Notes: a model not told the origin generated them from the letters alone. Numbered from the stretch's first letter, positions 29,601 through 37,953 are shown. The stretch is 64,000 bases of DNA from Spirochaetota bacterium (GCA_016928865.1 JAFGJX010000030.1:62835-126834), one strand, 5' to 3'. Numbers and translations: made by a program.

Positions 29601-30221
29601 GAGCGCCGGGTCATATCTGACCTGAATCGGGCAGCACGGTTATTATCCGGCAATCTCGAAGCGTCTGATTTTAAAAGAGAATCAATGGCCCGGAGGGCAG
29701 AGTCGGACAACAATCATGGGGCATTGACCGCGCGTGATATACGTTTTGAAGAGCTTGTGTTTGGAGACAGTGGCCGTAATCTCACCCTTGATTTCAGCGA
29801 CAGCACCTATGACAAGATAGCGGCAAGCCTGCTGGTCTGCTATCTGTTCAATCCTGATGAAATCATCATTGATTTTTTCCGCATCCTGAAACCGGGAGGG
29901 CGCCTGCTTGTCTCCTCGATGAAGCCTGACAGCGATGTTTCCGTCATTTTTACGAATTACATAAACAGGGTACAGGAGCACGGCAAGGAACAGGCCCCGG
30001 CCACGGCGGAAGACGATAATCTCACCAGCGCGCGCGCAATGCTGAACGAGGCCGCCTCCCTCCTCCAGCTCGAGGAGGATGGATTATTCAGGTTTTATAC
30101 GGGAGAGGAGCTCTCCTTCATGATGAAAAACGCGGGCTTTGCCGATATCGCGATCACCATGTCCATGGGGAATCCGCCGCAGGCGGTGATCGTGACCGGT
30201 ACAAAGCCGAACGCGGGGTAA
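26658..30221 (+). CDS. Multidomain protein: three PilZ (c-di-GMP-binding) domains, an alpha/beta-hydrolase fold and a class I SAM-dependent methyltransferase
   Basis: PilZ1 RKHIR...DISTSGI; PilZ2 RIIPR...DNISTDG; PilZ3 RSHDR...VNVSRRG. Hydrolase region VVILPPAFGKKKE...VIVVAFSMSA. Methyltransferase motif I VMADMGCGTGIF and post-I ILKPGGRLLVSS. Confidence 0.75.
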   Translation: MVQARSLMSNKRKHIRVAYEKKVKLFSDEYAFEGQSIDISTSGIQVRTSVPSPELDVERISFTLPSNNDAIHIPCKIVRSDRSDLSDDEQVLGLEFDYQTEDEMALVGNFIKDMKHTELADNRLASEMRIIPRTSCKIENVSCDKRGVSILSIDNISTDGCLVSYEGELNTHEEVAIQFSLPGDEHVIAARCGVAYAMNNYFRSVSRAGMCFAELKDIDSIKIYNFIVRSASSSPARIVNERRYEHIIGLEYRICDSKRIVSLFGRIKKEKKSINILFENNPGVFEVKLADFSSGENAFTTDPAPGLPEEHLKRYHTAYCSVSLGGYSYYFNSELMEWSGEGMAFSFPETVYHSEKRSHDRKPLGDTVDVIMMTNEAATARISGTLVNVSRRGFLCNVAIGDAEKELLKTGREVRYSFGRDMGLVNFGEIRHFKEIADKDGDVNVQIGIEAGIRRAEFQFKKISCSQWKKQKQRRPDHGSLQRDIIIPDLVRYENRNGRELVALLNYTKLGGECPVVILPPAFGKKKETLSPLVMTLLQNFANAGRGLITIRYDGINRPGESYNEEMCPKRGYEMLHYRISQGRDDLEATLDFVCNNDLFTPSGVIVVAFSMSAMDARKLAMEDGRIQYLISVMGATCARSAFRNITGGIDIIGNARIGIQNGVSGVLGQMLDLDTTARDLIDSKYAYIADARHDMSNINIPVSWIYGKYDRWVSEAEVRDIMSVRGGGRREVIEIPTGHNLRSSEDAIKAFKIIAGLIYRHLYGETIRPFDPDRGAMVDMITYERERHALDDAIDIQDYWKNYLMGEERNSAGYDFYRNLDEFREFLSLQGLLLDLKNGEVMADMGCGTGIFFERMIGDRAARGIDLSNARVDLVDLVPEALSSAGKKFEALKKRYSQLLPARVNYMRMNLEPNRLLPVKRLMDDRGLDISFLKNRIEGLKNAVVERLAGLDHDRLGDILRGAQITPDDTAYFDRTLSGEERRVISDLNRAARLLSGNLEASDFKRESMARRAESDNNHGALTARDIRFEELVFGDSGRNLTLDFSDSTYDKIAASLLVCYLFNPDEIIIDFFRILKPGGRLLVSSMKPDSDVSVIFTNYINRVQEHGKEQAPATAEDDNLTSARAMLNEAASLLQLEEDGLFRFYTGEELSFMMKNAGFADIAITMSMGNPPQAVIVTGTKPNAG

Positions 30222-30256
30222 CGGGTGTCAAAAATATCGGTGTAAATGAATAAATC

Positions 30257-31654
30257 ATGAACATAACGGAAAGAATATTTGAATCGTTAAGCGGATGGAG
30301 CGATCATCCGGCGTTTATCGATCTTGATCCTGAAAGGGGGCCGACGTACGTGTCCGCGCCGCAATTCAGCGGAAGAGTTCGGGACGCGGCAGACATCCTG
30401 AAAAAGCACGGGATACGCAGTGGCTTTATCGTGGCCCTATTTCTAAACAATTCAATAGATTTTATTTCGATTTTTTTAGCGTTGATGTTCATCGGCGCGA
30501 AACCGATTCCGGTAAACATGGCGTTCAGGAAGATCGAGCTTGACGAGATTTTCGCCAACGCGGACCCGCATGCGATCATTGCGGAGCGCGATCACCTGAT
30601 CCATGTACGGGCGCACCTTCCGGGAAGGATTGTCCTTGAGCGGGAAGGCGGGAAGCTCTATCTGCATGATGTCGGCGCCGACGCGGCACGACGGGAGCCG
30701 GCAGAGCTGGGTGGGGACATCGCATCGATCAATTACACCTACCGGGGCCATGGCTATCCCCTGGGCGCGCTGGTGCCGCACCGACAGTACCTCGACGGGG
30801 CTGACGTCCTTGAAAAGGCGGTGATGCTCGAACGGGGAGAACGGATACTGGCAATACTCCCGATGCAGCATATATTCACTCTGATCGGCTGCGTGTTTCT
30901 CCCCCTGCTGTACGGGGTTACGACGGTCATATCGTACAGCAGAAATCCGCTGAGGCTTTTCGAAGCGGTCACCGAACACGGGATCGATTATGTGCTGGCC
31001 GTGCCGGAGCTGTATGAGCTGTTCCTGAATCTGCGCGAGGCCGCAGGCGCGGTACCCCGGATGAAGGCCTTTCTCTCCGGAGGGAGCGTTCTCCCGGAAG
31101 AGCACTATGGCCGTCTTATGGAGGAGTTCGGCGTGGAGCTGATCCACGGCTACGGGCTGACCGAGTTCACGCCCGTGAGCAGAAACATCAGGGGCGCAAT
31201 TCGGCCGGGAACGATCGGCGTGATTAGCGACTGCGTTGAATGCAGGATTGATTCGCCTGACGCGAACGGCTCAGGTGAAATTATGATCAGGACGAAAAAC
31301 ATGGCGCGCGGATATTACAGGCGCCCAGCCGAGACCGCGGATGCCTTCCATGACGGATGGTTTGGTACCGGCGATATCGGGAGAATCGATAACGGGCACC
31401 TGATATTCGAGAGGGAGAAGAAGGGTACCAGAAAGATGAAAGGGAATATGGTGGACCTGGAGGAGGTTAAAAAAGCACTTGTTATGTATTCCTCAGTTTG
31501 CGAAGCAGAGGTAGAGTATTTTAATAAAAATGTTATAGCAACTGTAATTATTAATCCTAGTGTTAATTTTAATGATGATGTATTGAATATTAAAAGACGT
31601 ATGGAAAATATTATAGCAGGATATAAAATTCCAAAAACAATTAATGTATATTAA
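30257..31654 (+). CDS. Adenylate-forming enzyme (acyl/aminoacyl-carrier-protein ligase, DltA/AasS-like, 465 aa) with a degenerate P-loop
   Basis: A5 HGYGLTEF, A8 WFGTGDIGRID, C-terminal GYKIPKT lysine. At the A3 position the sequence reads YTYRGHGYPLGA instead of YTSGTTGxPKG. The last roughly 60 codons are AT-rich. Confidence 0.75.
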   Translation: MNITERIFESLSGWSDHPAFIDLDPERGPTYVSAPQFSGRVRDAADILKKHGIRSGFIVALFLNNSIDFISIFLALMFIGAKPIPVNMAFRKIELDEIFANADPHAIIAERDHLIHVRAHLPGRIVLEREGGKLYLHDVGADAARREPAELGGDIASINYTYRGHGYPLGALVPHRQYLDGADVLEKAVMLERGERILAILPMQHIFTLIGCVFLPLLYGVTTVISYSRNPLRLFEAVTEHGIDYVLAVPELYELFLNLREAAGAVPRMKAFLSGGSVLPEEHYGRLMEEFGVELIHGYGLTEFTPVSRNIRGAIRPGTIGVISDCVECRIDSPDANGSGEIMIRTKNMARGYYRRPAETADAFHDGWFGTGDIGRIDNGHLIFEREKKGTRKMKGNMVDLEEVKKALVMYSSVCEAEVEYFNKNVIATVIINPSVNFNDDVLNIKRRMENIIAGYKIPKTINVY

Positions 31655-31664
31655 GGTGAAACAT

Positions 31665-31925
31665 ATGGGAAACAATATACAATCATATGATATCAACAAG
31701 GAGATTGTTGAGATCGTATCAAAAGTTACACGTATTGATAAGCATTCAATACTTAAAGAAAATTTAATAAGAGAAGAATTAGGAATTGATTCGTTAATGT
31801 CTATAGAGATTATTGCGAACGTTGAAAAACAATTAAATATTGCAATTGATGAATCTAAAATGAGTAATATCAATACTGTTGGAGATTTTATTAAATTTGT
31901 AGAATTAATAATGGATAGCAAATAA
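31665..31925 (+). CDS. Acyl carrier protein / peptidyl carrier protein (phosphopantetheine attachment site DSL)
   Basis: ...EELGIDSLMSIEIIANVEKQL... is a classic ACP helix II. Strong SD AAGGTGA 7 nt upstream of ATG 31665. It overlaps the ligase stop. Confidence 0.8.
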   Translation: MGNNIQSYDINKEIVEIVSKVTRIDKHSILKENLIREELGIDSLMSIEIIANVEKQLNIAIDESKMSNINTVGDFIKFVELIMDSK

Positions 31926-31929
31926 ATCT

Positions 31930-33273
31930 ATGAGCACAAGAACGTTACAGCATATATGCTTGATCAGTCCAAAACGTGATCAATGGTCTAAGACGGGAAA
32001 AATACGGGATGTCCTTGAGAAAAATAATAGATATTTAAAAGCGTGGTATGCGCCCAATCTGAGTCTATTAACAATTGCTGGTATTACACCTGCCGACATT
32101 AAAATCACATATATCGATGAAGATTTTGAGTCAATTGATTTTAACGCCAAATATGATTTGGTTGGAATATCGGCAATGACTCAACAGATCGTAAGGGGAT
32201 ATGAAATTGCATCTGAATTCAGGGAAAGAAACATTTTTGTTGTAATAGGTGGTATTCATTCCACGGTCATGCCAGAGGAAGCGTTACAATATGCTGACGC
32301 AGTATTTATTGGCGAATCTGAAAGAACATGGCTCCATTTTTTGAATGATTATCGAAATAATATTGAAAAGAGGATTTATAAACAGGATAAAGATACTCTT
32401 CCTGATTTACAACATGTTGTTCTTCCTCAATATGATATCATTAAAGATAAGAATTATTTTAAAGATCCAAATTATTTTTATAATATGATCCCGATTCAAG
32501 CCGGAAGAGGGTGTCCTCATGATTGTGAATTTTGCCTCGTGTCGAAGATATACGGTAAAAAATACAGGATGAAGAGAATAGACCAGATAAAGCTTGAAAT
32601 AAATGAAATTAAGAAGTATTTTCCAAACAGACTGATAATGTTTGCTGATGACAATCTTTTTATCAACAGGAAATTTTCAAAAGAACTACTGAATGAAATA
32701 AAAGAATTGAATATTCGTTGGGTTGCTCAATCAGACATATCAATTGGTGATGATGATGAGTTATTGGAATTGATATACCAAAGTGGCGGTCTATTCTTGC
32801 TAGTTGGTTTTGAAAGTATAGATCCTGATAATTTGAGGAATCTTAATAAAAGTTCGTGGAAATATAAGCAGCTTTTGAATTATAAGAAAAATATTGATAA
32901 TATTCAAAAGCATGGCATTATCGTTTTTGGATCATTTATCTTTGGGCTTGATAATGATGATGACAGTGTTTTTAAGGGTGTCGTAGATTTTATGCATGGG
33001 AATTTTCTAACAGGTCAGTTGACAATTGCAACACCTCTGCCGGGGACCGACCTTTTGGGCAGATTGAAAAATGAAAATCGTTTATTGGTTAAAGAGCCTT
33101 TCTGGGATAAGTGCACCTTTTTTGATGTGCTTTATCAACCGAAAAAAATGACAGTTGATGAATTGGAAAATGGTTTTATATGGGCCTACGGGCAATTGTT
33201 CAATGAAGATTCTTTTAAAAAAAGGGCTGACTATTTGAAAGATATATATAAAGGAATTGATAAACAATCATGA
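31930..33273 (+). CDS. B12-binding radical SAM enzyme (class B rSAM methylase/cyclase-like)
   Basis: N-terminal cobalamin-binding Rossmann region (DLVGISAMTQQ...VVIGGIHSTVMPEE) and the rSAM cluster AGRGCPHDCEFCLV (CxxxCxxC). Confidence 0.85.
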   Translation: MSTRTLQHICLISPKRDQWSKTGKIRDVLEKNNRYLKAWYAPNLSLLTIAGITPADIKITYIDEDFESIDFNAKYDLVGISAMTQQIVRGYEIASEFRERNIFVVIGGIHSTVMPEEALQYADAVFIGESERTWLHFLNDYRNNIEKRIYKQDKDTLPDLQHVVLPQYDIIKDKNYFKDPNYFYNMIPIQAGRGCPHDCEFCLVSKIYGKKYRMKRIDQIKLEINEIKKYFPNRLIMFADDNLFINRKFSKELLNEIKELNIRWVAQSDISIGDDDELLELIYQSGGLFLLVGFESIDPDNLRNLNKSSWKYKQLLNYKKNIDNIQKHGIIVFGSFIFGLDNDDDSVFKGVVDFMHGNFLTGQLTIATPLPGTDLLGRLKNENRLLVKEPFWDKCTFFDVLYQPKKMTVDELENGFIWAYGQLFNEDSFKKRADYLKDIYKGIDKQS

Positions 33274-35840
33274 AGTACGATCAAAAAACTATTGAAGCAG
33301 TTTTCAATGAAGAAATTTTACAGAATAGAATTCGTAGAGTGATAGTTACATCGCAAATAGCGATGATTGCTATTCCGTTTTTCTTAATCCTTGACTACTT
33401 CATGTATCCTGAATTTTTAACCACCCTCTTTCTTATAAGAGTTATTATTACAATACCATACATTTTAGTGATACTGTTAATCAAGAAATCAATTGTACTT
33501 CAAAAGTATATCCAAGAATTAAGTATGTTCCTGCTTTTCAACGCGGGTGTTGGGATAGCGTATATGATACATATCACGGAGGGATATGTATCACCATATT
33601 ATGCTGGTCTGGTTGTCGTTATTCTTGTCTCGTGTATTACAATGACATTAACAATAAAAAGGACGATTGTTGTCACATCATTAATTTATTTTTCATATAT
33701 TATTCCAATCTTGATCAAAGGTGATATCAGTGATGTTGCTATTTTCGTAAATAATAACTTCTTTTTGATTGCCATGGTAATCTTTGCGCTGTTTGGCGCG
33801 TATACACAGGAGTCTATACAGAATAATGAGTTTAGTGCAAGATATGAGATACAAAAATCAAATGAAGAATTACAAAATCTCACCGACGAGCTCGCTGAAA
33901 CCAACCAGAAGCTCCTCATCCATGACAAGCTGAAGACCGAGTTCTTCACCAACGTGAGCCATGAGCTCAGGACGCCACTGACCCTGATACTGGCGCCGCT
34001 CAAGCCAATTATTGAAGGACATTCCGGACCGCTGCCGCAGCCGGTCGTCGATACCCTGCAGACCATGCAGAACAACGGGCACCGGCTCCTGAAGCAGATA
34101 AACAACCTCCTCGATTTCGCCAAGCTGGAAGCGGGAAAAATGCGGCTCAATATCCAGGAAGTCGACCTGATCGCTTTCTGCAAGGACGTCATCGCAGCCA
34201 TGCAGCACGCCGCCACCAGCCGGGGCCTGAAGCTCTATTTCCAGTACCAGATGGAGGACGCGATCAAGGTGATGATCGATACGGAGCAGTTCGAAAAGGT
34301 GGTCATGAACCTGCTCCACAACGCAATAAAGTTCACGTCCCGGGGCGGGCGGATAACGCTCTTCCTCGACGAGCGCGAGGAGGATGTCGAGCTCGTCGTT
34401 CAGGATACCGGTGTCGGGATCCCGGATAACATGCTGGATACCATCTTCGACCGCTTCGCGCAGGTTGACGGCTCGTCCACGCGAAGCACGGAAGGGACCG
34501 GCCTGGGGCTGTCGCTGGCGAAAGAGATCGTGGAACTGCACGGGGGCACCATCCGCGCAGAAAGCAGGCAGGGCAGTGGGTCGCGTTTCATCGTGCGTGT
34601 CCAGAAGGGCGAGCGCCATATCGGGGAGGAGGTCCGCGAGCGGCGGAAGTCGGAGCAGCCGGTCCAGTACAAGAAGCGCGCCACTGACATGGAGGGGCTC
34701 AAGGTCAGCGATGTGGTCAACAACTACCGCGACATCCAGCTCATCGACCTGGAGCAGAAGCCCGAGGTCCAGACCAAGGAGCACCGGCGCGGCACCCACG
34801 AGTTCACCCTGCTCGTTATTGACGACAACCCGGACATCCTGAAGCTGATGCATTTTCTCCTTCATGACGAATTTGACATTCTGCTCGCCGGATCGGGGCG
34901 GGAAGGGCTCAGGACCGTGCGGGAAAAGAAGCCGGACCTGATCATAAGCGACGTGATGATGCCCGAGATGGACGGCTATACCTTTTGCCGCGAGATCAAG
35001 GCCGATCCCGAATTCAAGCATATACCGATTGTTCTGGTAACCGCGCGCGCTGGCTCGGAAATGCTGGTCGAGGGGATCGACTCTGGCGCCAATGACTACA
35101 TCGCCAAGCCATTCGATGTTGCAGAGCTCAAGGCGCGGGTGCGCTCCCTGTTGAGGACCAGGACGATGGAGGAGGCGCTTGCCCTGGCCAACCAGAACCT
35201 GAAGATACGGACCGAGGACCTGGTGGAGCGCCAGCGATCGCTCCTTCACTCAACGGTCAAGTCCCTGGTGTCGACCATCGAGGCAAAGGACAATTACACC
35301 AAGGACCACTCCCTCAGGGTGAGCAAGTATTCCCTGGCCATCGCGAGGAAGATGGGGTATGCCGAGCATGAGCTCAATGACCTCGAGCTGGCCGCGCTCC
35401 TTCACGATGTCGGCAAGATAGCTGTCCCGGAGGAGATCCTGCACTTCAAGGGCAAGCTCACCGACAGGGAATTCAACCATATCAAGAACCATCCCGCGAA
35501 CGGCGCTCAGATCATCCGTCCGATCACCGAGTTCAAGGGCGTCGCGTCGATTGTGCTCGCGCACCACGAGCATTACAACGGAGAGGGCTATCCCTTTTCG
35601 CTCTACAAGGACGACATCCCGCTCGGCGCGCGCGTCATGGCCGTCGCGGACGCGTACGACGCCATGACCTCGGAGCGTCCCTACCGCAGCGCGCTCTCCC
35701 ACAATTTCACCGTCAAGGAGATCGTGCGGTGCTCGGGCACGCAGTTCGATCCCAGCATCGTGGACGTGTTCCTGTCAATACAGGACACGTTCGGCGAGAT
35801 CAAGAACAACGGCCTGCAGGTGCAGGACATGAGCAATTGA
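33270..35840 (+). CDS. Hybrid sensor histidine kinase (multi-TM sensor, HisKA, HATPase) fused to a receiver and an HD-GYP c-di-GMP phosphodiesterase domain
   Basis: About 6 TM helices (aa 20-190). H-box FFTNVSHELRTPL. G-boxes VQDTGVGIP...GTGLGLSLAKEIVELHGG. REC LLVIDDNPDIL...ISDVMMPEMDG...IAKPF. HD-GYP HSLRVSKY...LLHDVGKIAVP...HHEHYNGEGYP. The start overlaps the rSAM stop (ATGA). Confidence 0.85.
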   Translation: MKYDQKTIEAVFNEEILQNRIRRVIVTSQIAMIAIPFFLILDYFMYPEFLTTLFLIRVIITIPYILVILLIKKSIVLQKYIQELSMFLLFNAGVGIAYMIHITEGYVSPYYAGLVVVILVSCITMTLTIKRTIVVTSLIYFSYIIPILIKGDISDVAIFVNNNFFLIAMVIFALFGAYTQESIQNNEFSARYEIQKSNEELQNLTDELAETNQKLLIHDKLKTEFFTNVSHELRTPLTLILAPLKPIIEGHSGPLPQPVVDTLQTMQNNGHRLLKQINNLLDFAKLEAGKMRLNIQEVDLIAFCKDVIAAMQHAATSRGLKLYFQYQMEDAIKVMIDTEQFEKVVMNLLHNAIKFTSRGGRITLFLDEREEDVELVVQDTGVGIPDNMLDTIFDRFAQVDGSSTRSTEGTGLGLSLAKEIVELHGGTIRAESRQGSGSRFIVRVQKGERHIGEEVRERRKSEQPVQYKKRATDMEGLKVSDVVNNYRDIQLIDLEQKPEVQTKEHRRGTHEFTLLVIDDNPDILKLMHFLLHDEFDILLAGSGREGLRTVREKKPDLIISDVMMPEMDGYTFCREIKADPEFKHIPIVLVTARAGSEMLVEGIDSGANDYIAKPFDVAELKARVRSLLRTRTMEEALALANQNLKIRTEDLVERQRSLLHSTVKSLVSTIEAKDNYTKDHSLRVSKYSLAIARKMGYAEHELNDLELAALLHDVGKIAVPEEILHFKGKLTDREFNHIKNHPANGAQIIRPITEFKGVASIVLAHHEHYNGEGYPFSLYKDDIPLGARVMAVADAYDAMTSERPYRSALSHNFTVKEIVRCSGTQFDPSIVDVFLSIQDTFGEIKNNGLQVQDMSN

Positions 35841-35841
35841 G

Positions 35842-35860
35842 CGGGACCGGTCCCAATTTT
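35842..35860 (+). terminator. Intrinsic terminator ending the 26.6-35.8 kb operon
   Basis: GGGACC-GGTCCC palindrome followed by AATTTTT, immediately after the TGA stop. Confidence 0.6.
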
Positions 35861-35902
35861 TCATTGATTTATTGATCGCCCGGGATATAGTATGTCCCGA
35901 TC

Positions 35903-37216
35903 ATGAATGATAATCCCACATCCACGAACGTCTATACCGTCTCGGACCTGACCCGCACCATCAAGCGCACCCTCGAAGGAAGGGCGGAATTCAACAACCT
36001 CTGGGTCAAGGGTGAAATTTTCAACCTCACCCTGCATTCCTCGGGGCATATCTATTTCAGCCTGAGGGACGATAACGCCGTCATAGCGGCCGTATTTTTC
36101 AGATACGCAAACAGGAACCTTGATTTCAAGCTGAAGGAAGGGATGAATGTCCTGGCCCTCGGCAGCATCACGGTCTACGAAAAACGGGGGAGCTACCAGA
36201 TCAACGTGAGCCTGCTCAGGCCGGAAGGGGTCGGTGACCTCCAGAGACGGATCGAGATGCTGAAACAGACGCTCCTGAAAGAGGGTGTGTTCGACCCGGC
36301 ACGCAAGCGGCCCATCCCGGTCTTCCCGCGGCGGCTCGGCGTCGCGACCTCGCCGACCGGGGCAGCGGTGCGGGACATCATCAAGGTGGCGCTCAGGCGG
36401 TACCCGAACATAGAGATCGTAATAGCGCCGGCGATCGTGCAGGGCGCGGAAGCCCCGGTATCCATAGCGCGCGCCATCGAAGAGCTGAACAGGCCCGAGT
36501 ACCGGATTGACTGCATCATCGCGGGCAGGGGCGGCGGGTCGTTCGAGGACCTGATGCCGTTCAACGAGGAGCTCGTGGTGCGCGCCTTTTACAACTCCCT
36601 CGTGCCGATCATCTCCGCGGTGGGTCACCAGGTTGACCACCCCCTCTGCGACGATGCGGCCGATCTGGCGGCGCCGACGCCCTCCGCAGCGGCCGAGCTT
36701 GCCGTTCCGCTGAAAGATGACCTGGCGGGCGAGGTGGATTATCTCCATATACGCGCCACCAATGCCATGGCGCTTCTGCTGCGGGATTTCAAAGCCCGGA
36801 TCGAATGGGTCCTGTCGCGGCGCGTCTTCATGGACCCGTTCGAGATAGTGAACAGGAGAGAGCAGGAGCTGGCGGACATGACGAACCAGATGCTCTTTAC
36901 CCTGAAAGACCTGGTTTCCCGTAATCGGAACCGCCTGCTGATGATCTCCGACATACGAATGCTCATGAAGAATATACTGACCGGCAAAAAGAACTCATAT
37001 ACCCTGGCGATCAAGGCGCTGGACCAGCTTTCTCCTCTCTCAGTGCTCGGACGGGGCTACGCCATCGCGCTGAATAAAGACGAAAACGTGATCAGATCAG
37101 TGTCCGAGACCGCGGCAGGAGATGTTCTGAAGCTTCTCCTTTCCGACGGATCGCTCCAGTGCAGCGTCAATTCAATCTATCCCGGAGGACATCATGGAAA
37201 AGAAAAAAACGGCTAA
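35903..37216 (+). CDS. xseA: Exodeoxyribonuclease VII large subunit
   Basis: OB-fold N-terminus plus catalytic core (GVATSPTGAAVRDIIKV...IIAGRGGGSFEDL). Confidence 0.85.
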   Translation: MNDNPTSTNVYTVSDLTRTIKRTLEGRAEFNNLWVKGEIFNLTLHSSGHIYFSLRDDNAVIAAVFFRYANRNLDFKLKEGMNVLALGSITVYEKRGSYQINVSLLRPEGVGDLQRRIEMLKQTLLKEGVFDPARKRPIPVFPRRLGVATSPTGAAVRDIIKVALRRYPNIEIVIAPAIVQGAEAPVSIARAIEELNRPEYRIDCIIAGRGGGSFEDLMPFNEELVVRAFYNSLVPIISAVGHQVDHPLCDDAADLAAPTPSAAAELAVPLKDDLAGEVDYLHIRATNAMALLLRDFKARIEWVLSRRVFMDPFEIVNRREQELADMTNQMLFTLKDLVSRNRNRLLMISDIRMLMKNILTGKKNSYTLAIKALDQLSPLSVLGRGYAIALNKDENVIRSVSETAAGDVLKLLLSDGSLQCSVNSIYPGGHHGKEKNG

Positions 37217-37508
37217 AAGCGCAGCGGATAAAGCAGACAGGATCGATTTTGAGAAAGCGCTCAAGCAGCTGGAAGAGATTGCGGCCGCGCTGGAAGAGGG
37301 GGACCTGGGCCTTGACGAATCGATACGAAAGTTCGAGCAGGGGATGCGCCTGGCAAAATTCTGCCGGGAGAAGCTCGACGAGGCTGAGAGAAAGATTGAG
37401 ATTTTACAGAAGGCAGAAGGCGGCAAGGTTGCGGCCAGGCAGGTTGAGGTTGACGGCGAATCCGGAGAGATCGCGAATGAGGACGACCTGCAGGGGTCGC
37501 TGTTGTGA
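37194..37508 (+). CDS. xseB: Exodeoxyribonuclease VII small subunit
   Basis: FEKALKQLEEIAAALEEGDLGLDESIRKFEQGMRLAKFCREKLDEAERKIEIL is a typical XseB coiled coil. It overlaps the xseA 3' end. Confidence 0.8.
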   Translation: MEKKKTAKSAADKADRIDFEKALKQLEEIAAALEEGDLGLDESIRKFEQGMRLAKFCREKLDEAERKIEILQKAEGGKVAARQVEVDGESGEIANEDDLQGSLL

Positions 37509-37651
37509 CAGGCTGGCGGCCAACCCATCATGTAAAAAACTACTTGCCATAAACGCCTTGGCGGTATAGCGTATGGCATTCAGATAATTTCTGGTTCGCA
37601 AGGATTTTGTGGGGCGTCAGTGTCTTAAAAATCACATGAGGAGGATCCTGT

Positions 37652-37939
37652 ATGGAAACTTGGTTGCCAATTATTATCCAGTTGATCAGCGGTGCGATCG
37701 GTGGCAATGCCGCCGGCGCTGCGTTGAAAAACCAGTCTCTCGGTACCATCGGTAACTCGATAGCGGGTATCGTGGGCGGCGGAATCGGCGGTCAGCTCCT
37801 GAGCGCCATCATACCTGCGCTGTCCGGCGGTGCCGGAATGGACGCTGGCTCCATAATCGGAAATGTGGCCGTCGGCGGCGTCGGCGGCGCGGTGATTATG
37901 ATCGTTGTCGGCCTTATCAAAAAGGCGATAAAGAAATAG
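37652..37939 (+). CDS. GlsB/YeaQ/YmgE-family small glycine-rich membrane protein
   Basis: 95 aa, Gly-zipper TM segments (GAIGGNAAGA...GIVGGGIGGQLL...VAVGGVGGAVIMIVVGL), strong SD GAGGAGG. Confidence 0.6.
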   Translation: METWLPIIIQLISGAIGGNAAGAALKNQSLGTIGNSIAGIVGGGIGGQLLSAIIPALSGGAGMDAGSIIGNVAVGGVGGAVIMIVVGLIKKAIKK

Positions 37940-37953
37940 CATGTACGGATGGT

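Noticed and set aside
31493..31921. 142-aa minus-strand ORF in the AT-rich block
   Set aside because: Low-complexity I/N/K-rich frame antisense to the ACP gene. It is an artefact of AT-richness.
33870..35249. 459-aa minus-strand ORF
   Set aside because: Antisense to the HK-REC-HD-GYP gene, whose domains are unambiguous. Composition is R/P/G-rich and there is no RBS.
35861..36748. 295-aa minus-strand ORF
   Set aside because: Antisense to xseA.
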